64,000 bases of DNA from Takakia lepidozioides. Taxonomy: Eukaryota > Plantae > Bryophyta. Position 1 is the stretch's first letter. Each line of letters starts with the position of its first letter. The notes beneath the pieces were generated by a model. It worked only from the letters and a program-made list of their open reading frames with translations, was not told the DNA's origin and searched no databases. Below are positions 13,351 to 25,778 of the stretch, piece by piece. A program made the translations under genes and the position numbers. The stretch lies in the NCBI GenBank assembly GCA_030704615.1, contig CM060732.1:78492001-78556000 (forward strand), in the 5' to 3' direction.

Positions 13351-14901
13351 TCAAGCATTTCAATGAAGCTTTCCCAGTCTGACTTCCTGAGAAAGGAGGC
13401 TCTCCTTCCTGATCATGTGCTTACAGATGTTTGCATACCCCATATGAGATTCTGGTATGTCACCCATATGAGAAGAGTTCGGAACCTGTATCGAGCCTTA
13501 GAAATTTCACTGGAGTTTTTTTTCCCCTGTGCAGCATTTGCTGCATGCCAATTCTGTTTAACCGTTCTCTCATCCATCTTGCTAGACAATTGGAATGGGG
13601 CGTGGGGGAGGAGCAATGGATTTGTACCATAGATATGTTGGGCGAGAGTTCACCTTAGAGGAGATCCATCAAAGTCTTGAAACTTAAGTTACTTGACCTG
13701 CTTGTCCATTGGGGTTCACCTCTGTCAGCCTCGTGGAGGTTGGCTTCAAGAGGTAGAATGGTTTTCTGGTCTCATTCGATGAGTTGCACTTTACCAGTAT
13801 GTTGTTGAGTTTGGGTTTTGCTTGCAACCTCCCATTCCTGTACTTGGCAGTCAGTAAGTGGTTTTGGGACATTTGTGTGCGGAGCATCTAGAGGAGGAAA
13901 TTAAATCTAAATCTAATGTCGACCAAGCGCCTAATGTCCACAAGGCTCTTGGTTCTCACAATCACAGGCAGGCTCTCTTCACTGTACTGCCCAGTGACAA
14001 ATGATGATTTGTGCATGGAGTCCAATATTTAAGGGTCTATATCCCTGCCACCGCATAGATAGTCCAACCATTAGCAGGTTATTTCTCGCATCACTACCGC
14101 AAACTGCTGCAAGAGGATGCATGAACCACACTTGAGAGATTAGCTTCCTGCAAATAGAACACTTGAAGAGGCAGGCAATGTCACAAATGAACTTGAAAAT
14201 GCATCTCCAGAACTCCACTGTGTTGTGAGCGGAGCTTCACCTTCCCAACTTGTCCATTCGACAGAAGATCAAAGACCAAACAACCTGCGGACTCGTAGAG
14301 TACATGTGCAGAGGTGTGGGTTCTAAAGTAGATATATAGTCAATCGCTTGAATATGCAATCCTCAAAGCGCTCTTCTTCCCCCAATTGTACACACTTTCA
14401 CCTTCAACTGTTGACGCAAGGAACGTCAGTCAACCGAGACAGAACGCTTTATATCAATGTCATAATCACAGTATCGTGGCTACGTCATCCAAGCAAGCTT
14501 TCGAAAACACCATCTTCTCTCTCATCACGGTGGGGACGGTAGCGGCTCTCTCCTCACTGCGCCAAGGCCTGTCTTCTCGTTGTGAGGCCTCACATGATTC
14601 AGCAGATTATGGGACTGGGCTGTGGAGCTGAAAGCGGCATCCACCTTGGCAATGCGCCAAAGGACGAGGCCCTTGCAAGTGGTGGCTATGGCGCCTCCCA
14701 AACCTTCACTATGCTGAAGGAATTAGGTGATGACACTCAACGATTTGCGGGTTTTGTTTTTTGGGGTCTATGTTGTATGCAAATGCACCGTATGGAATCC
14801 AGGCCGGGCTATCAGCAGAGACCAATCTGATCCCGTCGAAAAAGTAAGAAAGTACACAGGATAGTCAGACGAGGGTTATAGTTGGTATATCTGTCGCGCA
14901 G

Positions 14902-16452
14902 GTAAACGCTGGAGCATGGAACAGCGCTGGGTGGAGTTCTTTGAAGATCCTTCACAATGCTACAGCCTTGAAAAGGTGAGCTTTCTTCTTGTAGGTCTGT
15001 AATGGAGGAAGTTTGACTAATTTCTGGACTGGACTGTACTCCCAATTGTTGTGTGAAGTTAGCATCTGGGTTTGTTCTGCAACTACTGCTCTTACCGTCA
15101 GTATTGTCAGTATTATATGTTGTTCTTCCAAATCAGGGCATGAAAGTAAGGAAGATAAGGTGTCTACCTTTGCGGGGTACATGGGAGGGTTGCTTGGTTA
15201 AAACTGTCACTACACAGCAGCTCCCTGATGGTTTTCACAGGCCAATCCGAATTACTACCGAAGTAAGCCGTGCATACAAGCGGTCCTGTGGATTGAGGAT
15301 CGGCTCAATCCTCCTTGGATGAAAGAGAAACTAATTGCCATTGCACAAGTTCGAGAACATTCTAGTGATGGGCGAAAGAGATCCGAGTGCGTTTCTCATT
15401 CTGGTGTGGGTGGTGGACCTTCTTCGAAACTTGAAGATGGAAGTGGTAGTATGACTCGCAGTGCACCTGATTAGTGGGGCAGCCTTGTGCATCTGTAAGT
15501 TTGGACATGCTGGTATGTTCCTGATTGTGTTACATCTGATAGAACTCAGAGTGACTTGCATGACTGTTGTTGAATCCCACACCAGCACTGCTGTATAAGG
15601 GAACCTGTTAAAGTGTTGATGCTCTTGGAGTTTCTGGCATGAAGGTCAACAATGGAGTTTGGAACAGTGCTGGCATGAGTTCCTAAAGATCCTCCACATT
15701 GGTGGGACAACCGCTATGGCAGGGTGCGGCTTCATTCATGTATGATGTAATGAAGTTTGTTTCTGCAAAAGTGGCTCTTCCTCACAGTAACATAGGTTGT
15801 TCTTTCTAAGCAGACCATGAAAATGCATTGCCCAAGGGCTTTGGCTGGTGTTACAAGCTTGGGAGGGTTGGCTTGATATTAGGGGTCTTAATTTGATCGT
15901 GGCAGCTGTCATTAGGCGATCAAAAGGCTGGGAGTGAATGTCTGCAGCGATGCGTGTTTCTACACAACACCCTTCTCAACATGTATGTCAAATGTGGGAG
16001 CATCATGGATGCACACCAAGTGTTCGACAACATGCCTGAGCGAGGTTTGATCTGAGGAAAGTCCAGTCGCAGGTAGCGAGTTGTGAGGTGGGGCTACAAG
16101 TTGTGAAGTGAGGTGGTTGTGTTTGAAACTAATCAGCGGGCCGTGGTGGTTCTCACAGACCATGCCAAGGTTACTGGACTATATATGCATAAGCAGCACA
16201 TTCAAGAGCTCCTTCGGATGAAGGGTTGGGTGAATCCTCCTTGGGTGAAAGAGAAGCTAGCTGCCTTCATGACACAAGTTCAAGGAGAATGTGATCAGGT
16301 CACCTCCTTCTCCCCCACATTTAGCTTTTTCTGTCCTCTTATCAGATTCAGCCCTAAATTTTCATGTTGAGTTTACTTAGTTAGCTCTTCAGTGACAAGG
16401 AGAAGCTTTGGAAGTAATCCCCAGTAAATGGTAGGATCATCACGGCAGAAAG
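14902..16452 (+). pseudogene. Five degenerate small exons encoding OSB-type PDF motif halves, upstream of PPR copy 1
   Basis: 14902-14975 WSMEQRWVEFFEDPSQ..K|gt. From 15241, ANPNYYRSK..LWIEDRLNPPWMKEKL. About 15645-15723, LEQCWHEFL/DPPHWWDNRYGR|gt. About 16159-16298, MPRLLDY/MHKQHIQELLRMKGWVNPPWVKEKL. About 16393-16452, EKLWK/PSKW*DHHGRK|gt. Frameshifts and a stop are present. Confidence 0.75.
15953..16052 (+). repeat. 100-bp ectopic copy of PPR coding sequence (source 17089-17188) inside an upstream intron
   Basis: Matches 17089-17188 except for one base (tgt/tgc). Also present in copy 2 at 25014-25113. Confidence 0.9.
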
Positions 16453-16717
16453 GTGAATGTCTGTTATCTTGCCGAAGAGGCAGACGAAGATGCACTGAAA
16501 AGCCTTCTTGCAAATTGCCATCCTCCCTCTCTCCCCATCAGATTCTTAAAGTCTGGTCAGCAATTCAGTGTAGGAACTAGTGTGTAGTAAGTAGGGTTGG
16601 GGTGTACGCCAGATAAACTTTAGGTTGTCAGCTGCTAGTGGCAAGGCAGATGATCTATGCATTATTGTTGCCAAGGCAGTGATAGCTGAAGGAGGCAGGG
16701 GATAGAACGTGGTCCAG

Positions 16718-19029
16718 ATGCGTCCGAGATGGCCGGATTTCAAGCACCCGACTATGAATGAGCCACTGTGGATTGATAGCTACAAGAAACCTGCATGGTT
16801 ACATGGTCGATTGGAAACAGCAGCGGCAGCACAGTTGGTAAAAGCAGGCATCTCCACCATGACGATCACTTCAGAAAGAGAACCAAGAGGGGGAGTCCTC
16901 AAGATCTCTTTGAGGACACTATGTGAGGCAGGGCAGCTGAAAGAGGCTCTGCAAGTTTTGAACCAAGGAAGCGTTTCAGCAGACTCAGATACGTATGTCT
17001 ATCTCTTGCATAAGTGCATCCATATGAAAGGCCTGGCAGCAGGAAAGCAGGTGCATGCTCACATGATCCATAGTGGATTCAAGCCAAACGTGTTTCTACA
17101 CAACACCCTTCTCAACATGTATGTCAAATGCGGGAGCATCATGGATGCACACCAAGTGTTCGACAACATGCCTGAGCGAGGTTTGATCACATGGAATATA
17201 ATGATTGCAGGGTTTACCAAGCATGGGTGTTCTAAGAATGCCTTGAAGACATATGACAAAATGATTCAGGAAGGACTGAAGCCCAACCAGGTCACGTTCA
17301 TTTGTGTTTGCACTGCGTGTGCGAGCCTGCGTGTGCTGGCCTTGCTGCCCTGGAAAAGGGCAGAGAGGTCCATGCCGACATCATGAAAGCTGGAATTGTA
17401 CCAAATATCATTTTGGGCACTACACTCGTGGACATGTATGCCAAATGTGGGAGCCTCCATGATGCAATTGGAATATTTGACAATATGGCTGAACGAAATG
17501 TGGTATCATGGAATGCTATGATTGCAGGATATGCCCAGCATGGGTGTGGGATGGAGGCTTTGGAGACCTATGAGCAAATGATGCGGGAAGGGGTGACACC
17601 CAACCAAGTCACGTTTGTTTGCATTTGCAATGCATGTGCCAGCCTTGCAGCCCTGGAGAAGGGCGAAGAGATCCATGCTGACATTTTGAAAGCTGGAATT
17701 GTACCAAATATAATTCTGAACAATACACTAGTGGACATGTATGCCAAATGTGGGAGCATCAATAATGCAAAGGAGGTGTTCGACAATATGACTGAAAGAG
17801 ATGTGGTATCCTGGAGTGCAATGATTGCAGGATATGCCCGGTATGGGTGTGGGATGGACGCTTTGGAGACCTATGAGCAGATGATGCTGGAAAGGGTGAA
17901 GCCCGACCAGGTCACATTCATTGGCATTTGCAGTGCGAGTGCGAGCTTGGCAGCCCTCGGAAAGGGCAAAGAAGTCCATGATAATATCATCAAAGCTGGA
18001 ATTGTACCAAATATGATTCTGAACAACACCCTCATGGACATGTATGCCAAATGTGGGAGCATCAAGGATGCAATGGAGGTGTTCGATAACATGGCTGAAC
18101 GAGATGTGGTGTCATGGAGTGTGATGATTGCAGGATATGCCCAACATGGTTGTCATACGGAGGCCCTGCAACTATTTGAAGGAATGCAAAAGGAAGGCCT
18201 GAAGCTGGACAATATCACCTTTATATGTGTTCTATCTTCATGTAGCCATGTTGGCCTTGTGGATGAAGGCAAACACTACTTTGATTCCTTGAGTCAAGAT
18301 CATGGCATTACTCCTACAGTAGAGCACTTTGGCTGCATGGTGGATCTTCTTGGCCGTGCAGGGCGATTGGATGAGGCAGAGGACTTCATTAACAAAATGC
18401 CAATCAAACCAGATGCTGTGGTGTGGAAGGCCTTGCTTGGTGCCTGCAGAATTCAAGGTAATGTGGAGATGGCAGAACGTGCTGCAACATCTGTTCTCAA
18501 GTGGGATCAACAGGACGCAGCAACTTATGTGTTGCTATCAAACATTTATGCCACAGCTGGCAGGTGGGATGATACTGCAAAGGTGAGGAAGATGATGAAG
18601 ATTAGAGGGGTTAAAAAGGAGCCAGGTCGCTGCTGCATTGAGGTTGGCAACAGTGTGCACACCTTCGTTGCAGATGACAAATTGCATCCAAAAATTGAGG
18701 AAATCCATGCTGAGCTAAGAAGACTATCTGGGCAGATGAAGGAGGCAGGGTACGTGCCTGACACACGCTTTGTATTGCACAATGTGGAGGAGGCACAAAA
18801 GGAATTTTCTCTTCGCTACCACAGTGAAAAGCTGGCAATTGCTTTTGGATTGATTCGCACGGATCCTGGGATGCCTCTCCGTGTCATGAAGAATCTTCGG
18901 GTGTGTGGTGACTGCCACACTGCCACCAAGTTCATCTCGAAGATTGTTTGCCGAGCAATTGTTGTACGGGATGCAAGCCGCTTTCACCACTTTCAAGATG
19001 GGGTTTGTTCTTGTGGGGAGTACCGGTGA
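16718..19029 (+). pseudogene. PDF-PLS-E-DYW PPR gene copy 1, frameshifted at about 17330 by a 592-bp deletion; C-terminus EYR
   Basis: Colinear with 25779-28682 apart from loss of 26391-26982. The ORF is split into 16709-17386 and 17302-19029. Confidence 0.85.
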
Positions 19030-20214
19030 AATGATTTTAAAAGAAAAATCTTGCTGCAGTCATTAAACATTGTAGCTGCTTGGTTCATCCACCATTTCTT
19101 GAGGGTATTTTCTATGAAATCCTATGGAGGCCATTTCCTCTGGCATGTGAACCCTCCAAGAGCCAGTCTATCCAACACGAGGTGAGACTTATCGTATGCT
19201 ATAAGCAACATTAATCTGGTTATAGTGTACAGGGTGGTCTGCATCATGCTAGAAAACCAAATGTGGGCAAATGGCTGCAAATTAGGCTACATATGTAGCC
19301 ATGGTCTTTGAACTGAACAGTTGTCTCAAATTAACTCGCCATAGGTTACTTTTTTGGGGGCTGAAATCTGCCCAATGGCGAGCCCTGAAGGGTGAAAGTG
19401 TAACATTTAAAGTTTTCATCCTCACCATGAGTATGGAACAATGGGATTTATTCAGTTCTGTCTCTATTCATTAAAAAGGTTTCTTCCTGTATCTTCCATA
19501 TAGAGTATCAAATGCATTGCATTACACGACTTGGTTATATAGGATTTATCTTAAGTTATGTTTAGGGTTGCACCAAGCCATGTATCAATTGCTAGGTGAA
19601 GGAAATAAGTTAAGTCCTCTCCTACAAAACACTGAGTAGTATTCCTTTGTGATGTATATTCTAGTAAAATGTATATGAATGAATGGTGCAAAGTAGTTTT
19701 AAAAAACATTTACGATCAATTTGTGAGTTTAGCAACATTGTTCAATAGTAATCAACATATGTAGAACAGGGATAGACACTCGTGCATTGGCTTGTAGGTT
19801 TGGAGTTAAAACTCATGTCATCTGACTCTCTATACCTTTGGGCTAGGGCTTTGCCGTGTAATTGCCTCCATGGCTTAGAAAGGGGGTTTAGTTTCCCCCA
19901 CAACGCCCAGTTGCTTGGGCTGGTGTTTCCTTATATATATATATATATTTATTTATTGCACAAAAGCCATGTAAACATACTTGAATGTTTGATTGAAAGC
20001 GGTTGAAAAGTGCGACATATTTATATACTACCTTGACCTACCAATCATCATGTATGACCTCAAATTGTAATATAGGAAAATTTGCTTATATATGATCACT
20101 GTTACTTGCAAGAGGCTTCAAAAATTACCTTGTCATTGTCAACTTTGTGTTCAATGTATGTATTACAACCATCATTGACATATTTTTTGTTGACAAATGA
20201 TCAATTTGGTTAGT

Positions 20215-22458
20215 TTACCTACTAGGATTTAAGGAAAAGTTTGGTTCCCATAGGCAATGGCCTAGTGTCATATGCACAAGATCATTCCCACTCACATCCA
20301 TTGTTAACTCATGCAAAATTTCCCATTCTCTTGCATCAACGGTATATATTGCCCCTCTTCTACATCCATATTGGTAAACACATATCTTCCCCAAGCCTGC
20401 AAAACATTCAAAACTGTCCCAACTTGTATTCATGTTTTCTTGGAAGAGATGTTCATAAATTCTCGGAGGCATAATTGCTTCCATGTGACATTCCAATATG
20501 TCTCGTTTGTTTTTGTTTGGATTTAATTTAAAGATAATAACGTCACACTTTGAGGACATTTTTAAGTTTTGTTTTGGCAAAGTCCGAGTGATCCCAAATA
20601 GCTTGTTATTGCAATCTATCACCTTGAAGGTGTCAAAATCTTCTATTTCAAACTTTTTGTTGTCCAAAAATTTTATATCGAGAGATTTGATCAAATAAGA
20701 CTCTCCTATGTGATCATAATAGTAACTTAGAATTGTCGGCCTCCAAATGGATTTTGGATTAAAATTATACAAACTTGTTCTTTTGTTAATCATTTGTAGA
20801 GTCCCCCAATATACTGTACCATTACAAAATGCAACATTTCCATTTTTTGGCCATTTATTGTTCCATGTACTTTGTTGATCAATATAATGTGATTTCTCTG
20901 AGTCATAGACGGTAATAGTACATCCTTCTTTGGGGGCTTTTCTTGACTTGCGATTTCTTTCTATGTCACCACCCACACAATACAAAATATATGAAGATGT
21001 CTTCTCCAATGAGTCCTCCGTCACCACCAAGCGTGCTCTCTTGTGTGTCAAAATTTTATCTTTTACCGCCGGAAGTATTTTCCATTGTTTGGTGAGTGGA
21101 TTGCATACTACTGTCATGGTTTGTGCATAGTGAAATAAATCATTCCAACTTCTTTGCTCTTTTGTTAGATTATCTTTGACATGCTCATCCTGAAGACCTT
21201 TCGGTTGTTGGCCCCCATCGAGACAAATAAGACCATTTCCTCCTGCGATGATGTTATTGACATTAGTTGGAAGGTAGTCTAAAATAGACGTCATGACCAT
21301 CCAAGGATTTTCTTTTGTGGTTTCGTTATATCCAACAAACCAGCATATCCTAGGTTTCTCAAGATTTTGGTGGACGATTATAGGAAAATATGATTCGTAC
21401 TTGGATGGATCTTTTGGATTTTTGCATTTAGGAGACCATTGTACAAAGGGGTCAGGACACCACTTTCCCCATAATTCAGTTAGATCGTCACCTTGTAATC
21501 TTGGTAGATAATAATTTACATACTTCTCTACCGGATTTGTTCTCCATCGTTTGTCAAATAAATATGGATATGTATTCTTTGGATCACTTTTTTTATGCTC
21601 GTCCTTATCTTGAGCACTAGATTTTGAACTAGAGTTTGATTCTGAGCCATTTTTCTTTTTGCTATCCATTACACTTTTGGGTATGGCATTAATTCGGAAA
21701 AAATCTCTATTTGATTTGATTGATGAATTCACTTCTTTATCTTCCAAATCATCATTGTCATTTTTGTCAATATTATCGTATTGAATACCATTGGTTTCAT
21801 TATAAGAGGTTGTATTCGGTATTGCAGTTTGGATGGCTTTAACTTGTTGTTTCCTATTATCGGTAGGTTTTTGTTTGTGCGGAGTTTTTATTACTATTTT
21901 GGTGTCCAATGGATCCAATTTATCTCTACTTGATGATTGTTTTGATGTGTTATCAATCATATGATCTTGTGTTGTTAATGGCGTGGGTTTTAAGGTCGGT
22001 GGTTGATTATTTTGTTGTTTGCTTGTATTGTCGAAAGGTTGAACATTCATTCGTGGTTGATTATTTTGTTGTTTGCTAGCATTGTCAAAAGGTTGAACAT
22101 TCGTTGCTGGTTGATTGTTTTGTTGTTTGTTGCTTGCATTGTTGAAAGGTTGAACATTTGTTGGTGGTTTAACAATATTATCTTTTTTCTCTACCACTTG
22201 ATTCACTTTATCGATGTCTTGTACTTCTTTATTGATCAATTGATTTCTTGTGGTATCACTTTTTGGTGGAGATATTTGAATGTTTTGGGGTTGATTCCAT
22301 GAGGTTGACTGTTGGTGTTGATCATTTTGTTTTTGTTTTTTTCTTATATCTTTTGTTTTTGATGTCTTTCTATCACTAAGCTCGTTATAATTAGGTTTTA
22401 AATCCTTACTACCATGTTGTTTGTCAAGCATTGGTAAAGAACCTACCCAATTGGCCAT
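20215..22458 (-). CDS. Intronless 747-aa protein: Q/N/K-rich disordered N-terminus with 3 tandem repeats, then an F-box-associated/kelch-like beta-propeller region
   Basis: Long open ORF. Motifs IAGGNGLICL, VVCNPLTKQWKILP, VYDSE and FCNGTVYW are typical of plant F-box/kelch C-terminal domains. NVQPF(N/D)N.SKQQNNQP occurs three times. No clear F-box. Confidence 0.65.
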   Translation of the reverse strand: MANWVGSLPMLDKQHGSKDLKPNYNELSDRKTSKTKDIRKKQKQNDQHQQSTSWNQPQNIQISPPKSDTTRNQLINKEVQDIDKVNQVVEKKDNIVKPPTNVQPFNNASNKQQNNQPATNVQPFDNASKQQNNQPRMNVQPFDNTSKQQNNQPPTLKPTPLTTQDHMIDNTSKQSSSRDKLDPLDTKIVIKTPHKQKPTDNRKQQVKAIQTAIPNTTSYNETNGIQYDNIDKNDNDDLEDKEVNSSIKSNRDFFRINAIPKSVMDSKKKNGSESNSSSKSSAQDKDEHKKSDPKNTYPYLFDKRWRTNPVEKYVNYYLPRLQGDDLTELWGKWCPDPFVQWSPKCKNPKDPSKYESYFPIIVHQNLEKPRICWFVGYNETTKENPWMVMTSILDYLPTNVNNIIAGGNGLICLDGGQQPKGLQDEHVKDNLTKEQRSWNDLFHYAQTMTVVCNPLTKQWKILPAVKDKILTHKRARLVVTEDSLEKTSSYILYCVGGDIERNRKSRKAPKEGCTITVYDSEKSHYIDQQSTWNNKWPKNGNVAFCNGTVYWGTLQMINKRTSLYNFNPKSIWRPTILSYYYDHIGESYLIKSLDIKFLDNKKFEIEDFDTFKVIDCNNKLFGITRTLPKQNLKMSSKCDVIIFKLNPNKNKRDILECHMEAIMPPRIYEHLFQENMNTSWDSFECFAGLGKICVYQYGCRRGAIYTVDAREWEILHELTMDVSGNDLVHMTLGHCLWEPNFSLNPSR

Positions 22459-24116
22459 TGTTGGACCAACTTTATAAATTGATCAAAGTTCTTTGATTGG
22501 AATGATAATATAGTTGGGTCGATTGAGGTTGGAGGATAATACGATATTAATTCGCAGAATCTCAATATCATATTAACAATAGAGCTCACCTCCCCTCCAC
22601 CTCTAAAATGAACAATATGCATAAGAGAAAGAGCCTTTTATTTACATAAACTTTAGTCGGTGCCACCTTTCTAAGTTTTGTCCATGATTTCAAGACACAA
22701 CATAAACATGAAGATTGCATTGACTTTATAAGAATAATTTGAAAAGGCACCATACGTATCGTTTGGTGTCCCTTAAACCTATATTCACGTCTGTTAGACT
22801 ATAATGTCCAAAATTGACAAACCATGATCCCAACCCTGATTATATTTTTGGAAAAATTAATTGGATACTTTATTTAATAAAATATTATTTCATTGTTGAA
22901 AACATGTATGTTAATAAGTTTTAGCCCTATCAACCATCTACAAGAGCCCATTGAATCATTCAAGCATCGATATAATGGTAAATATTTCTCGCATCACTAC
23001 CGCAAACTGCTGTAAGAGGATGCATGAACCACACTTGAGAGATTAGCTTCCTGCAAATGTAGGAGATGATGCAAGAACACTTGAAGAGGCAGGCAATGTC
23101 ACAAATGAACTTGAAAATGCATCTCCAGAACTCCACTGTGTTGTGAGCGGAGCTTCACCTTCCCAACTTGTCCATTCGACAGAAGATCAAAGACCAAACA
23201 ACCTACGGACTCGTAGAGTACATGTGCAGAGGTGTGGGTTCTAAAGTAGATATATAGTCAATCGCTTGAATATGCAAATCCTCAAAGCGCTCTTCTTCCC
23301 CCAATTGTACACACTTTCACCTTCAACTGTTGACGCAAGGAACGTCAGTCAACCGAGATAGAACGCTTTATATCAATGTCATAATCATAGTATCGTGGCT
23401 ACGTCATCCAAGCAAGCTTTCGAAAACACCATCTTCTCTCTCATCACGATGGGGACGGTAGCGGCTCTCTCCTCACTGCGCCAAGGCCTGTCTTCTCGTT
23501 GTGAGGCCTCACATGATTCAGCAGATTATGGGACTGGGCTATGGAGCTGAAAGCGGCATCCACCTTGGCAATGCGCCAAAGGACGAGGCCCTTGCAAGTG
23601 GTGGCTATGGCGCCTCCCAAACCTTCACTATGCTGAAGGAATTAGGTGATGACACTCAACGATTTGCGGGTTTGTTTTTTGGGGTCTATGTTGTATGCAA
23701 ATGCACCGTATGGAATCCAGGCCGGGCTATCAGCAGAGACCAATCTGATCCCGTCGAAAAAGTAAGAAAGTACACAGGATAGTCAGACGAGGGTTATAGT
23801 TGGTATATCTGTCGCGCAGGTAAACGCTGGAGCATGGAACAGCGCTGGGTGGAGTTCTTTGAAGATCCTTCACAATGCTACAGCCTTGAAAAGGTGAGCT
23901 TTCTTCTTGTAGGTCTGTAATGGAGGAAGTTTGACTAATTTCTGGACTGGACTGTACTCCCAATTGTTGTGTGAAGTTAGCATCTGGGTTTGTTCTGCAA
24001 CTACTGCTCTTACCGTCAGTATTGTCAGTATTATATGTTGTTCTTCCAAATCAGGGCATGAAAGTAAGGAAGATAAGGTGTCTACCTTTGCGGGGTACAT
24101 GGGAGGGTTGCTTGGT

Positions 24117-24989
24117 GACATACTAGGATTTAGGGTAAGCAAATTTAGTACTATTCAATGACAAACAAATTTACAATAGTAATTAAGACATATAAAATCT
24201 CTCAATTAAATATCGTAAAATTCTATAGACTAAGTCCCAAAAGCTTAGTACTAGCCAAGAAAAAAAAAAAAACAATCTATTCAATCTAACAAAGGGTTGA
24301 AAAGTGCTTATAAGGAAGTTCCATACAAAATTGCTACCAAATAGTACTAAGCAATTGTTTTAATGAGCTAATTCAATCTTATACATGTTGGGATTACGTC
24401 CCCACTCTATTGTATCCCAAAGCTGAAAAATTGAGAAATGGGAGGAAAAAAAAACAAACAAAAAAAAATAAAAACGGGACTTGGGCTTCAAACATGGATA
24501 TGAGGTGGACAAAATTATCAATAAGAAACTAATATGGAAGAGACAGTTTGTGTACGAGGTCCTATAAAAACTTTCAAAAAATAACAACAGTGTATAGAAC
24601 CTATAAAAACTTTCAATCAAATATCCCAACCTTGAATGCCAAAGTATAAATTTGCTTTCTTAAGAAGCTTCAAACATAGGTTTTAGGGGCATAAAGTTTA
24701 TAAGAAAGAAAAGTATGAATCACATAAAAATATGCATGAATGTTTAGGACCTATAATTTTTTAAACATTCAACAATCAATATAATATTCTAACCATTGTA
24801 ATTTGTATTATACCCAAAGCTCAAAAATTGATTTGAATGAACTTCAAACATTTGAATGAAGTTTTGCGGTATAGGGTTTCAGATAAACAAAAGTACTTTA
24901 AGTAAAAAAAAACATATGGAAGAGTAAGAATTTCCAAGTAAATATCTCGATGACTCTGTCATACATGTAAGCTGAAAAATGTAATTAAT
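24117..24989. other. AT-rich 873-bp segment unrelated to copy 1, replacing two PDF exons
   Basis: Alignment to copy 1 breaks after ggttgcttggt (15198/24116) and resumes at tgggagtgaatg (15929/24990). Confidence 0.8.
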
Positions 24990-25778
24990 TGGGAGTGAAT
25001 GTCTGCAGCGATGCGTGTTTCTACACAACACCCTTCTCAACATGTATGTCAAATGTGGGAGCATCATGGATGCACACCAAGTGTTCGACAACATGCCTGA
25101 GCGAGGTTTGATCTGAGGAAAGTCCAGTCGCAGGTAGCGAGTTGTGAGGTGGGGCTACAAGTTGTGAAGTGAGGTGGTTGTGTTTGAAACTAATCAGCGG
25201 GCCGTGGTGGATCTCACAGACCATGCCAAGGTTACTGGACTATAGATGCATAAGCAGCACATTCAAGAGCTCCTTCGGATGAAGGGTTGGGTGAATCCTC
25301 CTTGGGTGAAAGAGAAGCTAGCTGCCTTCATGACACAAGTTCAAGGAGAATGTGATCAGGTCACCTCCTTCTCCCCCACATTTAGCTTTTTCTGTCCTCT
25401 TATCAGATTCAGCCCTAAATTTTCAAGTTGAGTTTACTTAGTTAGCTCTTCAGTGACAAGGAGAAGCTTTGGAAGTAATCCCCAGTAAATGGTAGGATCA
25501 TCACGGCAGAAAGGTGAATGTCTGTTATCTTGCCGAAGAGGCAGACGAAGATGCACTGAAAAGCTTTCTTGCAAATTGCCATCCTCCCTCTCTCCCCATC
25601 AGATTCTTAAAGTCTGGTCAGCAATTCAGTGTAGGAACTAGTGTGTAGTAAGTAGGGTTGGGTTGTACGCCAGATAAACTTTAGGTTGTCAGCTGCTAGT
25701 GGCAAGGCAGATGATCTATGCATTATTGTTGCCAAGGCAGTGATAGCTGAAGGAGGCAGGGGATAGAACGTGGTCCAG

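Larger units (their letters stand above)
14080..19948 (+). repeat. Segmental duplication, copy 1 (near-identical to 22983-29602)
   Basis: Both copies start tatttctcgcatcactaccgcaaactgctg and end ggtgtttcct(TA)n. Confidence 0.95.

Noticed and set aside
19021-19029. CGG at the terminal Trp codon as a site repaired by C-to-U self-editing
   Set aside because: It is a nuclear gene that is already frameshifted, so a simple T>C substitution explains it
19949-22982. Helitron boundaries around the 747-aa ORF
   Set aside because: No convincing 5'-TC start or 3' hairpin-CTRR end found by eye, so mobility remains unproven
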